A stretch of 38,378 nucleotides of DNA from an uncultured archaeon A07HN63 (lineage in GTDB: Archaea; Halobacteriota; Halobacteria; Halobacteriales; Haloferacaceae), in contig KI543202.1 in assembly GCA_000496215.1 (NCBI GenBank), positions 1 through 38,378 on the forward strand, in the 5' to 3' direction. Below, one piece after another: positions 9,605 through 19,366 of this stretch (positions are counted from its first letter, which is position 1; each line of letters starts with the position of its first letter). The translations under genes were made by a program, and so were the position numbers. The notes below the pieces were generated by a model that saw nothing but the letters and a program-made list of their open reading frames with translations, did no database searches and had not been told where the DNA came from.

Positions 9605-11530
9605 CTATCGGAAGCGGAACGTCTCCAGATTTTTCGGCGCGAACGTCCGAATATCGAACTCGTGGTAGAGCGCCGACGAGAGGTCCTGTACCGACCGTTC
9701 GTCGCCGTGAACACAGAGCACCTTTTCCGGGCGTGGGTTCATCGTGCGAACGAAGTCCATCAGTCCCTTGCGGTCGGCGTGGCCGGAGAAGCCATCGACG
9801 GTTTCGACGCCCATGTTGAGTGTGAGCGTGCCATTCCCTCTGCCGTTGTAGCCGTCGTCCATCGGGATCTCGTCCCAGCCGTTCTGGATGCGATTCCCGA
9901 GCGTGCCCTGTGCCTGATAGCCGACGAAAACGAGCCGGGAGTCGTCGTCGGTGCCGAGATGCCGGAGCCACGACATGATCGGGCCGCCCGTGATCATCCC
10001 AGACGTGGAGAGGACAATCGACTGCTCGCCGTCGGCAACCGCCTGTCGTTCCTCCTCGCCGGCATCGATGTGGTTGAACTGGTCGGCGAGGAAGGGGTTC
10101 TTGTCCTCGTGGAAGATTCGATCCTGCAGATCGTCACGGAGGTACTCGGGGTAGGTGGTGTGAATCGCCGTCGCCTCCCAGATCATCCCGTCGAGGTGGA
10201 TCGGCATCTCCGGGAGTTTGCCCGTCCGCATCGCCTCTTCGAGGACGAGCATGATCTCCTGTGAGCGGCCGACGGCGAACGCCGGGATGAGTACGTTGCC
10301 GCCGTCCTCGTAGGTCTCCTTGATGACCCTGATAAGTTTCTCCTCGGAGTCCTCCTGATCGGTCTGGTAGTCGTTGCGACCGCCGTAGGTCGACTCCAGA
10401 ACAAGCGTTTCGACCCGCGGGAAGTCGTTGACCGCGCCGTTGAACAGCCGCGTGTCGGTGTAGTGGATATCACCGGAGAAGGCGACGTTGTAGAGTCCGT
10501 CACCGACGTGGAAGTGTGTGACCGCCGAGCCGAGGATGTGCCCTGCGTTGTGGAAGGTGACCTTGATATCGGGCGCAATATCGGTTACATCGCCGTATTC
10601 GAGCGGAATGGCGTGTTTGATCGCCTCCCGAACCTGTTCGGACTCGTAGGGCGGCGTTCGGCCCTCCTTGTTCGCCACGTCGAGGTAGTCGAGCTGGAGC
10701 AGGCCCATCAGGTCCCGGGTTGGCTCCGTACAGTAGATCGGCCCATCGTAGCCGTACTTGAAGAGTAGCGGGATGAGCGCGGAGTGATCGAGGTGGGCGT
10801 GGGTGAGCACCACCGCGTCGATGGAGTTCGGCCCCGCGCCGAGGGCCTCCGGGGCCTGCAGATAGGGTACCTCGTCTTCCGCGCCGGGTTTGTCGCCACA
10901 GTCGATCAGCACGCGCGTTTCCGCCGTCTGTAGCAGGAAGGCGGCGCGGCCGACCTCCCGACAGCAGCCGAGCGTCGAGATGCGGACGAACTGATCGCGG
11001 CCCATCTCCTCGCGGTGAATCTCGCGGCCGACCCGTTCGAGCACGTCGCGCCGCTCGTCACGTTCGTGTTTGAGGAAGTTCCGAACGTTGGACACCGTCG
11101 AGGATTCGATCGGCGGCGTCCGCATGACCTCCGGCGTCCAGCCGGCCTCCTGTGTGATCTCCCGGAGCGTCGAGCCGTGGCGGCCGATCACCATCCCCGG
11201 TTTCTCGGCCTCGATAATGACTTCGCCGGTGTCCTCGTGGAAATCCAGATCGGTAACGCCAGCGTCGTCGGGGATGACAGACCGGATCTTCGAGTCGGCC
11301 GTCGAGGGATCGGACAGCGCCTCCGGGTCCGGCCGAACGGTGATCCGCTTGCGGAGCTTGCTCGCCAGCGACCGGACGAGGTCGCCGTCCTCGGCGAACT
11401 GTTTGGGGTGGGGCGTGTAGAGCACCAGCTCCGGGCCCTCGTATTTCACATCCGAGACAGTGATGTCGGGTGGGATCTCTTCGTCGATCTCTGCTTTCAG
11501 GTCGTCGAGTTGCTGATCTACTGAGCTCAT
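9605..11530 (-). CDS. fttA: Beta-CASP ribonuclease aCPSF1 / transcription termination factor FttA
   Basis: N-terminal KH domains (KPGMVIGRHG), THAHLDH, AGHILGS, FSGHAD, VHG and C-terminal NLETFRF; ATG 11530 (MSSVD). Confidence 0.95.
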   Translation of the reverse strand: MSSVDQQLDDLKAEIDEEIPPDITVSDVKYEGPELVLYTPHPKQFAEDGDLVRSLASKLRKRITVRPDPEALSDPSTADSKIRSVIPDDAGVTDLDFHEDTGEVIIEAEKPGMVIGRHGSTLREITQEAGWTPEVMRTPPIESSTVSNVRNFLKHERDERRDVLERVGREIHREEMGRDQFVRISTLGCCREVGRAAFLLQTAETRVLIDCGDKPGAEDEVPYLQAPEALGAGPNSIDAVVLTHAHLDHSALIPLLFKYGYDGPIYCTEPTRDLMGLLQLDYLDVANKEGRTPPYESEQVREAIKHAIPLEYGDVTDIAPDIKVTFHNAGHILGSAVTHFHVGDGLYNVAFSGDIHYTDTRLFNGAVNDFPRVETLVLESTYGGRNDYQTDQEDSEEKLIRVIKETYEDGGNVLIPAFAVGRSQEIMLVLEEAMRTGKLPEMPIHLDGMIWEATAIHTTYPEYLRDDLQDRIFHEDKNPFLADQFNHIDAGEEERQAVADGEQSIVLSTSGMITGGPIMSWLRHLGTDDDSRLVFVGYQAQGTLGNRIQNGWDEIPMDDGYNGRGNGTLTLNMGVETVDGFSGHADRKGLMDFVRTMNPRPEKVLCVHGDERSVQDLSSALYHEFDIRTFAPKNLETFRFR

Positions 11531-11785
11531 GCGTCGGAGAAATCTGGGGTTGCAACGGTCCGCTCGGCGGGCGACGGCCACCGCTGACAGATCGGGAGCG
11601 CCGACTGTCGACGGGTGGCCGCCGAATCGTGCCGGTCAAGATGGAACATACTGAGTGACGGTCCGATAACTGCGAGTGCGGGAACAGACAGCGAAAACCC
11701 GCTTATCGCCTGCTATACCGCCCTCGGTTTAAAACCCTTCGCAACGGGTCGGCTGCGGGCGGTCACGGGAGTCGCAGGCGACCGA

Positions 11786-12079
11786 TCACTGCAGCGTCGC
11801 GTAGCTGAGGAAGCCGATCGCCAGTAGCTCGAGCAGTCGCATCCCGAAGACGACCCCTCCGGCCAGCGGATCCATGCTGTAGAGACTTTGCATGCTGCTG
11901 GAGAAAAAGTAGATGGCGATCAGGTTCTCGATGAGCAGGACGCTGCTGAAGCCGAGCAGGCCAAGCACCATCGGCGTGCGGAACTGGCGGTAGTTCCGGA
12001 CCCAGACAGCAACCAGCACGGCGAGCAGAACGCTGTTGATCCCGGTGACGACCATCGCCGCGGCGGTCAGTCCCAGCAT
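11786..12079 (-). CDS. Small multi-TM membrane protein coupled to the wHTH regulator
   Basis: 97 aa, three hydrophobic segments, starts 2 nt after the regulator stop with GGAGG upstream. Confidence 0.75.
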   Translation of the reverse strand: MLGLTAAAMVVTGINSVLLAVLVAVWVRNYRQFRTPMVLGLLGFSSVLLIENLIAIYFFSSSMQSLYSMDPLAGGVVFGMRLLELLAIGFLSYATLQ

Positions 12080-12081
12080 CG

Positions 12082-12357
12082 TTACTCGACCTCCGCGGCG
12101 ATGCGTTCGAAGGTGTCGCTGTGCTGTTCGAACCGGTCGGTGAGGAAGTAGAGTTTCCCGTAGTCGTGGTCGCTCGGTTCGACGACATCGTGTTCCTGTA
12201 ACATATCCAGATGGTGTGTGACCGTGTTGTAGTCGACAGCCAGTTCCTCGGCGAGTTCGTTCGCGTTCTGCGGCCGGTCGTCGAGTGCGCGGACAATACG
12301 GACCCTGTTGACACCGCCGCGGCTTCCGGCAAAGAGGTACCACAGGGCCTTCTCCAT
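12082..12357 (-). CDS. ArsR-type winged-helix transcriptional regulator
   Basis: LWYLFAGSRGGVNRVRI...NANELAEELAVDYNTVTHHLDML...YGKLYFL. Confidence 0.88.
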   Translation of the reverse strand: MEKALWYLFAGSRGGVNRVRIVRALDDRPQNANELAEELAVDYNTVTHHLDMLQEHDVVEPSDHDYGKLYFLTDRFEQHSDTFERIAAEVE

Positions 12358-12523
12358 GCGATGTCTCTCCGTGGCGGTGGTAGTCTCAAAGCCGTTTCGA
12401 CATAGGGTTTGTTGGTGCTGGTCTATTGCGAACGGCTGGCGTCGACACCGCGAGACAGTCGCAGGTCCATATCGACGACCACGCCATACGTAGCAGACGG
12501 GTAGCTACCCCTAAGGAGATTTT

Positions 12524-12552
12524 TCAAACTGTGCTCAAACTCGGTTCAAAGT
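12524..12552. promoter_or_regulatory. Three TCAAA(C/G)T direct repeats at 11-bp spacing
   Basis: tcaaact 12524, tcaaact 12535, tcaaagt 12546, between divergent genes. Confidence 0.45.
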
Positions 12553-12632
12553 TCGGTGATCGGAGTGCCGCTACTGGCCCATCTCGTGTAGTGGTCCGCA
12601 AAATCGAAACCGACGCCGTGTGAGTAGCCGCT

Positions 12633-13130
12633 ATGAACCTCACCCCCGACCGCGTTGCCGACGAGCACGCGTGGGTGCGCGACCGTGCCGACGTGATAGT
12701 TCCAATCATCAACGATACCCGCAGTCGGCTCGAAACGGCCTTCGACACCGAGGTCGATGCCGTGAGTGACGACACCTACAGACAGGAAGTCGACCGCGTC
12801 TTCGCCGACGGCGATGTCGCCGTCAACATGGCCGCTTACTGCGGCCTGCTCCGTGATCTCGATGTCGACGGCGACTATCCGGGCTTCGTCGTCGACGAGG
12901 TGCTCGGTCGCCAGCTCGCGGCGACCATCGCCGGCGGGCAGCCGCTGTCGGTGCTCGCAGGAGCGACGTTTCACTTCGCGGATATCCACACCCACGGCGA
13001 CGACGGCGATGCGGCCGGCGACGACGATCTCGATGCCGCACTCGCCGCGGGCTTTCAGACGCGACTGCCGGGGTGGAACTGGCAGGAGGGCGAGAGTCCA
13101 TTCGCAGTGCCGACCGGCGGCGACAACTGA
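12633..13130 (+). CDS. Hypothetical acidic protein
   Basis: 165-aa ORF with halophilic composition and GC-rich third positions; no motif recognised. Confidence 0.7.
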   Translation: MNLTPDRVADEHAWVRDRADVIVPIINDTRSRLETAFDTEVDAVSDDTYRQEVDRVFADGDVAVNMAAYCGLLRDLDVDGDYPGFVVDEVLGRQLAATIAGGQPLSVLAGATFHFADIHTHGDDGDAAGDDDLDAALAAGFQTRLPGWNWQEGESPFAVPTGGDN

Positions 13131-13143
13131 TCGACCCGGTGTG

Positions 13144-13497
13144 TCACTGAGCGAGGCTCTTGTTGACCGCTCCGTTGACCTGATGCAGTAGCGTCAGAAG
13201 GTCGCTGTCGTCGTTCACGCGATACCGTTCCGGCGACGAGTTCTCGACCGGGGTGAGCACCCCGAGCGCGAGCAGCAGATCGAGATGCGTGTACACGGAC
13301 TGGCGGCTGACACCCGCTTCGGTGGCGAGTTCGGATTTCGTGAACTCCGAGCCCGGCAGGGCGTCCAGTAAGGCGTCAAGCATGTAGCCGACGCTGTCGT
13401 GCTGGACGAGGATTCGCCACCCACTCGGGTACTCGTCCCGCAGTTCGGCGAGCGAGGCGGATTCATCGTCGTCCGGTGGTGATTGCTGGCGTGACAT
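13144..13497 (-). CDS. Winged-helix transcriptional regulator
   Basis: FTKSELATEAGVSRQSVYTHLDLLLALGVL...RYRVN; ATG 13497. Confidence 0.82.
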   Translation of the reverse strand: MSRQQSPPDDDESASLAELRDEYPSGWRILVQHDSVGYMLDALLDALPGSEFTKSELATEAGVSRQSVYTHLDLLLALGVLTPVENSSPERYRVNDDSDLLTLLHQVNGAVNKSLAQ

Positions 13498-13559
13498 AGG
13501 TGAGCGCAGTGTCAATCGCTGATTGTGTACCTGTTGGAACGGGAGCGTGTTAAACGCAT

Positions 13560-13575
13560 TGGACACTCGTGTCCA
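13560..13575. promoter_or_regulatory. Palindrome TGGACAC-TC-GTGTCCA, candidate operator
   Basis: 7-bp perfect arms midway between two divergent genes. Confidence 0.5.
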
Positions 13576-13618
13576 CTCCGGTTGAAATATAACTGCCAGT
13601 AGCGACAACGTGTCAATT

Positions 13619-13930
13619 ATGACTGACGTTGCGGCGGCGTTCGTCTGGAAGCTCGCCCGTCGCCACTCGTGGGGATCGCCGATACCGACAGCCAAACTCG
13701 TGCAACTGGTTGCCGGCACGGCGGATCACGACGAACTGCGGACAACACTCGAAACCGAGGTGCTCGAACTCCCGTTTGTCGCGCAGTCCTCGGATGGTGT
13801 CTATATTCCGAACGGACAGGATGCTCACCGGGAGGCTGCCAACTGGCTGCGAGAGCGGACAGAACGTGACGATCTGGTCATCGCGGCAACGCTATCTCGG
13901 CTCCCGGACGACTGGCCGGCTAACGATTGA
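13619..13930 (+). CDS. Hypothetical protein (103 aa) divergent from the wHTH gene
   Basis: MTDVAAAFVWKLARRHSWG...; AAATATAA box upstream. Confidence 0.7.
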   Translation: MTDVAAAFVWKLARRHSWGSPIPTAKLVQLVAGTADHDELRTTLETEVLELPFVAQSSDGVYIPNGQDAHREAANWLRERTERDDLVIAATLSRLPDDWPAND

Positions 13931-13935
13931 TCGGC

Positions 13936-14928
13936 CTAGTCCGCGTCGGCGTCGACACGGTCTGCGCGTGGGACTGTTACATCGGCCAGATCAGCCTCGA
14001 TCTGGCCGCGCTGGGTCTCGAACTCGCCGGGCAACACCAGTTTCTCGCCGAGCTCGTCGAGCGGTTCGTCGCTGGTGTACCCCGGTCCGCTGGTGGCGAG
14101 TTCGAACAACACCCCGTTCGGCTCACGGAAGTACACCGACCGGAACCAGTGGCGGTCGATCTGATTCGTTGGGCGGACACCGGTTTCCTGCACGGCCGTT
14201 CGCATCGCCGACTGGTCCGTATCGCTCGGTGTCTGGAAGGCGACGTGGTGGACGGTGCCGTGACCCTGCCGCGCGGTCGCAGTCGTCGATACCACATCGA
14301 CGTACTGGCCGACCGTCCCGGTCGCCGCGAATCGGGTGCGCTCCTCGCCCCGTGAGTCGGCCGGGAGGGCTTCGCTCGCAGTTTCGTCCAACCCCATCGT
14401 TCGCAACACGTCCTCGGTCCGCTGGGAATCGCCCAGCCACAGCGTGACAGAGTGGAATCCGCGGATCGCGGCGTCGTCGGGAACGAACTCGGTCCACGGG
14501 ACGGTGGGATCGTCGTCCGGGATGTCGACGGCGACGAGTTCGACCGGGAGACCGTCAGGGTCGTAGAACGGCAAGACCGTCTCGTCGAACCGCTCGACGC
14601 GGTCCTCGTAGTCGACGCCGTGATCTTCGAACCGATCTTCCCAGAAATCGAGGCTGCCCTCGGGCACCCGGAAGGCGGTCCGCGAGACCTGTCCGGTGCC
14701 GACCTTCCCCTGCCGGAGGTTCTCCCACGGGAAGAAGGTCATACTGGTGCCGGGCGTGCCCTCGGCGTCGGCGAAAAAGAAGTGATACGTTGTCGGATCG
14801 TCCTGATTGATCGACCGCTTGACGAGGCGGAGACCAAGCGTCTCGACCCAGAAATCGAGGTTCTGCTGGGGGTCGCCCGCGATACACGTGACGTGGTGGA
14901 TACCCGGTGTGGGAGGTGCGTCGCTCAT
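13936..14928 (-). CDS. VOC/glyoxalase family ring-cleaving dioxygenase (MhqO-like)
   Basis: GIHHVT, YHFFF, TFFPW, VHHVAF, DRHWFRSVYFREPNGVLFELAT. Confidence 0.92.
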   Translation of the reverse strand: MSDAPPTPGIHHVTCIAGDPQQNLDFWVETLGLRLVKRSINQDDPTTYHFFFADAEGTPGTSMTFFPWENLRQGKVGTGQVSRTAFRVPEGSLDFWEDRFEDHGVDYEDRVERFDETVLPFYDPDGLPVELVAVDIPDDDPTVPWTEFVPDDAAIRGFHSVTLWLGDSQRTEDVLRTMGLDETASEALPADSRGEERTRFAATGTVGQYVDVVSTTATARQGHGTVHHVAFQTPSDTDQSAMRTAVQETGVRPTNQIDRHWFRSVYFREPNGVLFELATSGPGYTSDEPLDELGEKLVLPGEFETQRGQIEADLADVTVPRADRVDADAD

Positions 14929-15041
14929 TGCGATACATAGGGGCCGCAGCCACTTGACTTCATGCTGACACGGGGGTTACCGGTACACCGATTTGCCGGC
15001 GACAGAACAAAATGCCGCAGTCAGAAACAGTACTCAGAAGC

Positions 15042-15563
15042 ATGGACTTCACCATCGTACAGGGCGATGTCGCCGCCGAGCAGGCCGACGCGCTGGTCAA
15101 CGCGGCGGGGACGAGCCTCGAGATGGGCAGCGGGGTCGCCGGCGCGCTCCGCCGCGCCGCTGGCGGCGACATCAACGAGGAAGCGGTCTCGAAAGGCCCG
15201 GTCGACCTCGGCGATGTCGCCGTCACCGACGCCTACGACCTCGACGCCGAGCACGTCATTCACGCGGCGGCGATGCCGCACTACGGTGACGGACAGGCGA
15301 CTGCCGAAAGCATCCGCGAGGCGACGGCGAACGCGCTGGCGAAAGCCGACGAACTGGGCTGTGACTCGCTGGTGCTCCCGATGCTCGGCACCGGCGTCGC
15401 CGGCTTCGGCTTCGAGCAGGGAGCGGAGCTCATATGCTCGACGGTCGCCGACCACGACCCCGAGACGCTGACCGACGTGCGGCTGATCGCCCACGACGAC
15501 ATCGAGTACGAGACCCTCCAGTCGGTCGCCGAGTGGGTGCAGTCAGACGACGAGATAGCGTGA
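15042..15563 (+). CDS. Macro domain protein (ADP-ribose binding/hydrolase)
   Basis: QGD...VNAA...MGSGVAGA, VIHAA and LGTGVAGF motifs. Confidence 0.9.
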   Translation: MDFTIVQGDVAAEQADALVNAAGTSLEMGSGVAGALRRAAGGDINEEAVSKGPVDLGDVAVTDAYDLDAEHVIHAAAMPHYGDGQATAESIREATANALAKADELGCDSLVLPMLGTGVAGFGFEQGAELICSTVADHDPETLTDVRLIAHDDIEYETLQSVAEWVQSDDEIA

Positions 15564-15635
15564 GGTATCGCAGCTCCGCGCACCGCCACCACGCGAATCA
15601 GCCGAGTTTAAGGGCGGCGGCCGACTGGCTCGGGT

Positions 15636-16940
15636 ATGGAAAACCGAACCTACACGGCTGACGCCGACCCCGGCGAGTCGGTGACGGTCGCCGGCTGGGT
15701 CCACGAACTCCGTGACCTCGGCGGCATCGCCTTTCTCATCCTGCGCGACACCACAGGCAAGATTCAGATCAAATTCGAGAAAGACGAGATGGACGACGAC
15801 CTCGTTGACACTGGGCTGAACGTCGCCCGCGAGAGCGTCATCTCAGTGACCGGCGAGGTCGACGAGGAGCCACGCGCGCCCACCGGCGTCGAGATCACGC
15901 CCGACTCGGTCGAGGTCGTCGCCGAGGCCGACACCGAACTCCCGCTCGATCCCTCCGGGAAGGTCGACGCCGATCTCTCGACGCGGCTCGACAACCGGAC
16001 GCTCGACCTCCGCAAGGAGGAGGTCCAGGCGATCTTCACGATCCGCGCCGAAATCCAGCACGCCGCCCGCGAGCAGTTCCGCGACCTCGACTGCACCGAG
16101 ATCAACACGCCGAAGATCGTCGCCACCGGCACCGAGGGCGGCACCGAACTGTTCCCGATCACCTACTTCGGCGAGGAAGCCTTCATGAACCAGAGCCCAC
16201 AGCTGTTCAAACAGCTGATCGCCGGCTCGAACGTCGAGCGCGTCTTCGAGATCGGCCCGATCTTCCGCGCCGAGGAGCACAACACGCCGCGACACCTCAA
16301 CGAGGCGACCTCAATCGACTTCGAGGGGGCGTTCTGCGACCAGCACGAGGCGATGGATGTGGCCGAGGCGGTCGTCACCGCCGTCTACGAGGCTGTCGAC
16401 GCCAACTGTCAGGACGAACTCGACGCTCTCGGTCTCGCCGAGGAGTTCGAGGTGCCGACGGGCGAGTTCCCGCGACTCAGCTACGAGGAAGCCATCGAGC
16501 GCATCAACGCGACCGGCGAACTCGACGAACAACTGCTGTGGGGCGACGACCTGCCGACCGAAGGCGAGGTCGCCCTCGGCGAGGACGTGGGCGAACACTA
16601 CTTCATCACCGACTGGCCCAGCGAGATCAAGCCGTTCTACATCATGGATCAGGACGGCGACGACCAACTTTCCACCGGTTTCGATTTGATGCACCCGCAG
16701 ATGGAACTCGTCTCCGGCGGCCAGCGTGAACACCGCTACGACCACCTGATCGAGGGCTTCGAACAGCAGGGCCTCGACCCCGAGGCGTTCGACTACTACA
16801 CGAAGATGTTCAAATACGGGATGCCGCCGCACGCCGGCTTTGGGCTTGGCGGCGAGCGGCTCGTGATGACGCTACTCGGACTGGACAACATCCGTGAGGG
16901 TGTGCTGTTCCCGCGAGATCGACAGCGGCTGTCGCCGTAG
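15636..16940 (+). CDS. aspS: Aspartate--tRNA(Asp/Asn) ligase
   Basis: OB anticodon domain ([13 protein letters not shown]), [32 protein letters not shown]. Confidence 0.97.
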   Translation: MENRTYTADADPGESVTVAGWVHELRDLGGIAFLILRDTTGKIQIKFEKDEMDDDLVDTGLNVARESVISVTGEVDEEPRAPTGVEITPDSVEVVAEADTELPLDPSGKVDADLSTRLDNRTLDLRKEEVQAIFTIRAEIQHAAREQFRDLDCTEINTPKIVATGTEGGTELFPITYFGEEAFMNQSPQLFKQLIAGSNVERVFEIGPIFRAEEHNTPRHLNEATSIDFEGAFCDQHEAMDVAEAVVTAVYEAVDANCQDELDALGLAEEFEVPTGEFPRLSYEEAIERINATGELDEQLLWGDDLPTEGEVALGEDVGEHYFITDWPSEIKPFYIMDQDGDDQLSTGFDLMHPQMELVSGGQREHRYDHLIEGFEQQGLDPEAFDYYTKMFKYGMPPHAGFGLGGERLVMTLLGLDNIREGVLFPRDRQRLSP

Positions 16941-17052
16941 GAGAGCGAGGTCGCCTGCGACCTCGAGAGCGAACGGCGGGAGCCGTGAGCGACTAGTGTG
17001 GCTGCGTAACGCTGCCTGCACTTTTTTGCGATCACTCAGCGTAGACACAGCT

Positions 17053-17451
17053 ATGAGCGACGACGAGTCTTCTGTCGTCGATGCCAACGACGAGTCCTCG
17101 CTAGAAGAGGCCGCCGCGGGTGTGATGACGGCACTGGTCCTGCTCGTCGCGTTCGGCCTGCTCGCACTCGATGTCTCGTGGTTCTGGATCGCCTTCCCCG
17201 TCGGCTTCGGCGGGCTATTGCCGGCGGCAGTCGGGCTCGCGCGGTACTACCAGCAGTCCGAGACGAGCGACGCGGGCGAGTCGGCCGCAAGCGACGACCC
17301 GGTCGAGGCCCTCAAGGAGCGATATGCCCGCGGCGAAATCGACGAGGCCGAGTTCGAACGGCGGCTCGACGACCTGCTCGGAACGGACGCGGAGACGACA
17401 GCCGGCGAGGCGAGCGCGGAACCGGCCGAGCGCGATGCCGCCCGCGAGTGA
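17053..17451 (+). CDS. Membrane protein with SHOCT domain
   Basis: Two TM helices then LKERYARGEIDEAEFERR. Confidence 0.85.
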   Translation: MSDDESSVVDANDESSLEEAAAGVMTALVLLVAFGLLALDVSWFWIAFPVGFGGLLPAAVGLARYYQQSETSDAGESAASDDPVEALKERYARGEIDEAEFERRLDDLLGTDAETTAGEASAEPAERDAARE

Positions 17452-17490
17452 ACCACCAGAGATTACTCGCTCGCTCACACCGGTAGGGAT

Positions 17491-18336
17491 ATGACAGCGG
17501 GGGCAGGCGAGCCGTCGGCGACGGCGTTCGTGCCGGGACACATCACCGGCTTCTTCAGCGTGCAATCGGCCGCGAAGCCGGCCCAGTCGGGGAGCCGCGG
17601 CGCTGGCGTCACCCTCACCGACGGCGTCGAGGTGACCGTCACACCGGGCAGCGGGCTTCGGCTCAACGGCGAGTCAACGTCGGTCACAGCTGTCGACAGC
17701 GTCCGCAGCCGGCTCGGGGTCGACGCTGCCGTCGACGCCACCACGCCGCTCCCGCTCGGCGCGGGGTTCGGCGTCTCGGGCGCGCTCGCCCTCGGGACCG
17801 CCCTCGCCGCGAACGCCGTCTTCGGTTGTGGAAAAAGCGAGAACGAACTGATTACCATGGCCCACTGTGCAGAAGTTGAAGCCGGGACCGGACTGGGCGA
17901 CGTGGTGGCCCAGGCCCGCGGCGGGCTACCGATCCGGATCGACGCGGGCTCGCCGAGTCATGGCCGCCTCGACGGGGTGGCCGCTCGCCCGCACGTCGAG
18001 TACGTCACCTTCGGCGAACGCTCGACGGCGGACGTGCTCGCCGAGGACACCGAGGCCCTGTCGCGGGCCGGCGAGTCGGCACTGAGTCGCCTGCTGGAGT
18101 GGCCGACGCTCGACCGGTTCATGACCGCCGCCCGCGAGTTCGCCACCGACGCGGACCTGCTGACCGACGACGTGGCCGACGCTATCGACGCCGTCGACGA
18201 GGCCGGCGGCGACGCGGCGATGGCGATGCTCGGGAATACCGTCTTCGCGGTCGGCGACGGGCTCTCGGCGGCGGGCTACGACCCGGAGCGGTGCCGGGTC
18301 GACGCTGGGGGGGCGCGGCTTCGCCCCGAGGAGTGA
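17491..18336 (+). CDS. Pantoate kinase (GHMP family)
   Basis: FVPGHITGFF, PLGAGFGVSGA, AEVEAGTGLGDV, MAMLGNTVF; adjacent to PPS. Confidence 0.92.
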   Translation: MTAGAGEPSATAFVPGHITGFFSVQSAAKPAQSGSRGAGVTLTDGVEVTVTPGSGLRLNGESTSVTAVDSVRSRLGVDAAVDATTPLPLGAGFGVSGALALGTALAANAVFGCGKSENELITMAHCAEVEAGTGLGDVVAQARGGLPIRIDAGSPSHGRLDGVAARPHVEYVTFGERSTADVLAEDTEALSRAGESALSRLLEWPTLDRFMTAAREFATDADLLTDDVADAIDAVDEAGGDAAMAMLGNTVFAVGDGLSAAGYDPERCRVDAGGARLRPEE

Positions 18337-18397
18337 GTACGCCAGCACGGATCGATAAAGAGCGAACGTTTTGCCCGCGGAGTCGAACACACTGGCA

Positions 18398-19159
18398 ATG
18401 AGTGATGTCGATCTGCCGGAGGATCACCCGCGATACGAGTCGTTGCTGACGCGCCACCGGATCGAGGACGGCGTCGAGAAGGGACTCACCAGTCAGCAGG
18501 GCCTGATCGCGCAGGGCCGCGGCGAGACATTCGATTACCTGCTCGGCGAGGAAACGATCCCGAGCGCCGACGATGCCGCACGCGCGGCGGCCGCCCAGCT
18601 ATTGCTGGCCGACCACCCGGTGCTGTCGGTCAACGGGAACGTCGCCGCGCTCGTGCCTGAGGAGACCGTAACTCTCGCCAACGCCGTCGGCGCCGACATC
18701 GAGGTGAACCTCTTTCACCGGACGGATGAGCGTATGGCAGCTATCGCCGACCACCTGCGCGAGCACGGAGCCAGCGAGGTCAAGGGCCTCACCGGCGACG
18801 GCGAGATACCGGGGCTCAGTCATGACCGCGCGACCGTCGACGCCGATGGGATCGGCGCGGCCGACGTGGTGGTCGTCCCGCTGGAGGACGGCGACCGCGC
18901 GGAGGCCCTCGCCGCGGCGGGCAAAACCGAGATCGTGATCGATCTCAATCCGCTCTCGCGGTCGGCACAGACGGCGGCGATCCCGATCGTCGACAACATC
19001 ATCCGCGCCGTCCCGAACATCACGGCGCACGCGACCGACCTCGCCGACGCAGATCAGGCGACGCTGACCGGGATTATCGATGACTTCGATCCTGACGCCG
19101 CACGCGCGGCTGCGGAGCGGGCGATTCGAGACGGATCACTGGCGGCACCGGACGAATAA
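18398..19159 (+). CDS. 4-phosphopantoate--beta-alanine ligase (phosphopantothenate synthetase)
   Basis: HPRYESL, GRGETFDYLLGE, SVNGN, VPLEDGDR and IDLNPLSR motifs. Confidence 0.93.
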   Translation: MSDVDLPEDHPRYESLLTRHRIEDGVEKGLTSQQGLIAQGRGETFDYLLGEETIPSADDAARAAAAQLLLADHPVLSVNGNVAALVPEETVTLANAVGADIEVNLFHRTDERMAAIADHLREHGASEVKGLTGDGEIPGLSHDRATVDADGIGAADVVVVPLEDGDRAEALAAAGKTEIVIDLNPLSRSAQTAAIPIVDNIIRAVPNITAHATDLADADQATLTGIIDDFDPDAARAAAERAIRDGSLAAPDE

Positions 19160-19189
19160 TTTGTGGGACGCGAGGTCCGCGGTCGGTGG

Positions 19190-19366
19190 TCACACCAGCG
19201 ACAGGACCACCGACGGCGCGGGCTGGAAGGTCTGGCCGGTGAAGACCACTGCACCGAGAACCACTGCCAGGACCAGCGAGAGGACGATCATCAGGAGCGC
19301 GCTGACGCCCCCGATGCCGCCGAACTGGTCCAGCATCGGATCTACACTGCTAGTCTGCGGTGCCAT
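19190..19366 (-). CDS. Small (58 aa) hydrophobic membrane protein, not in the ORF track
   Basis: MAPQTSSVDPMLDQFGGIGGVSALLMIVLSLVLAVVLGAVVFTGQTFQPAPSVVLSLV; GGAGGTG upstream. Confidence 0.6.
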   Translation of the reverse strand: MAPQTSSVDPMLDQFGGIGGVSALLMIVLSLVLAVVLGAVVFTGQTFQPAPSVVLSLV

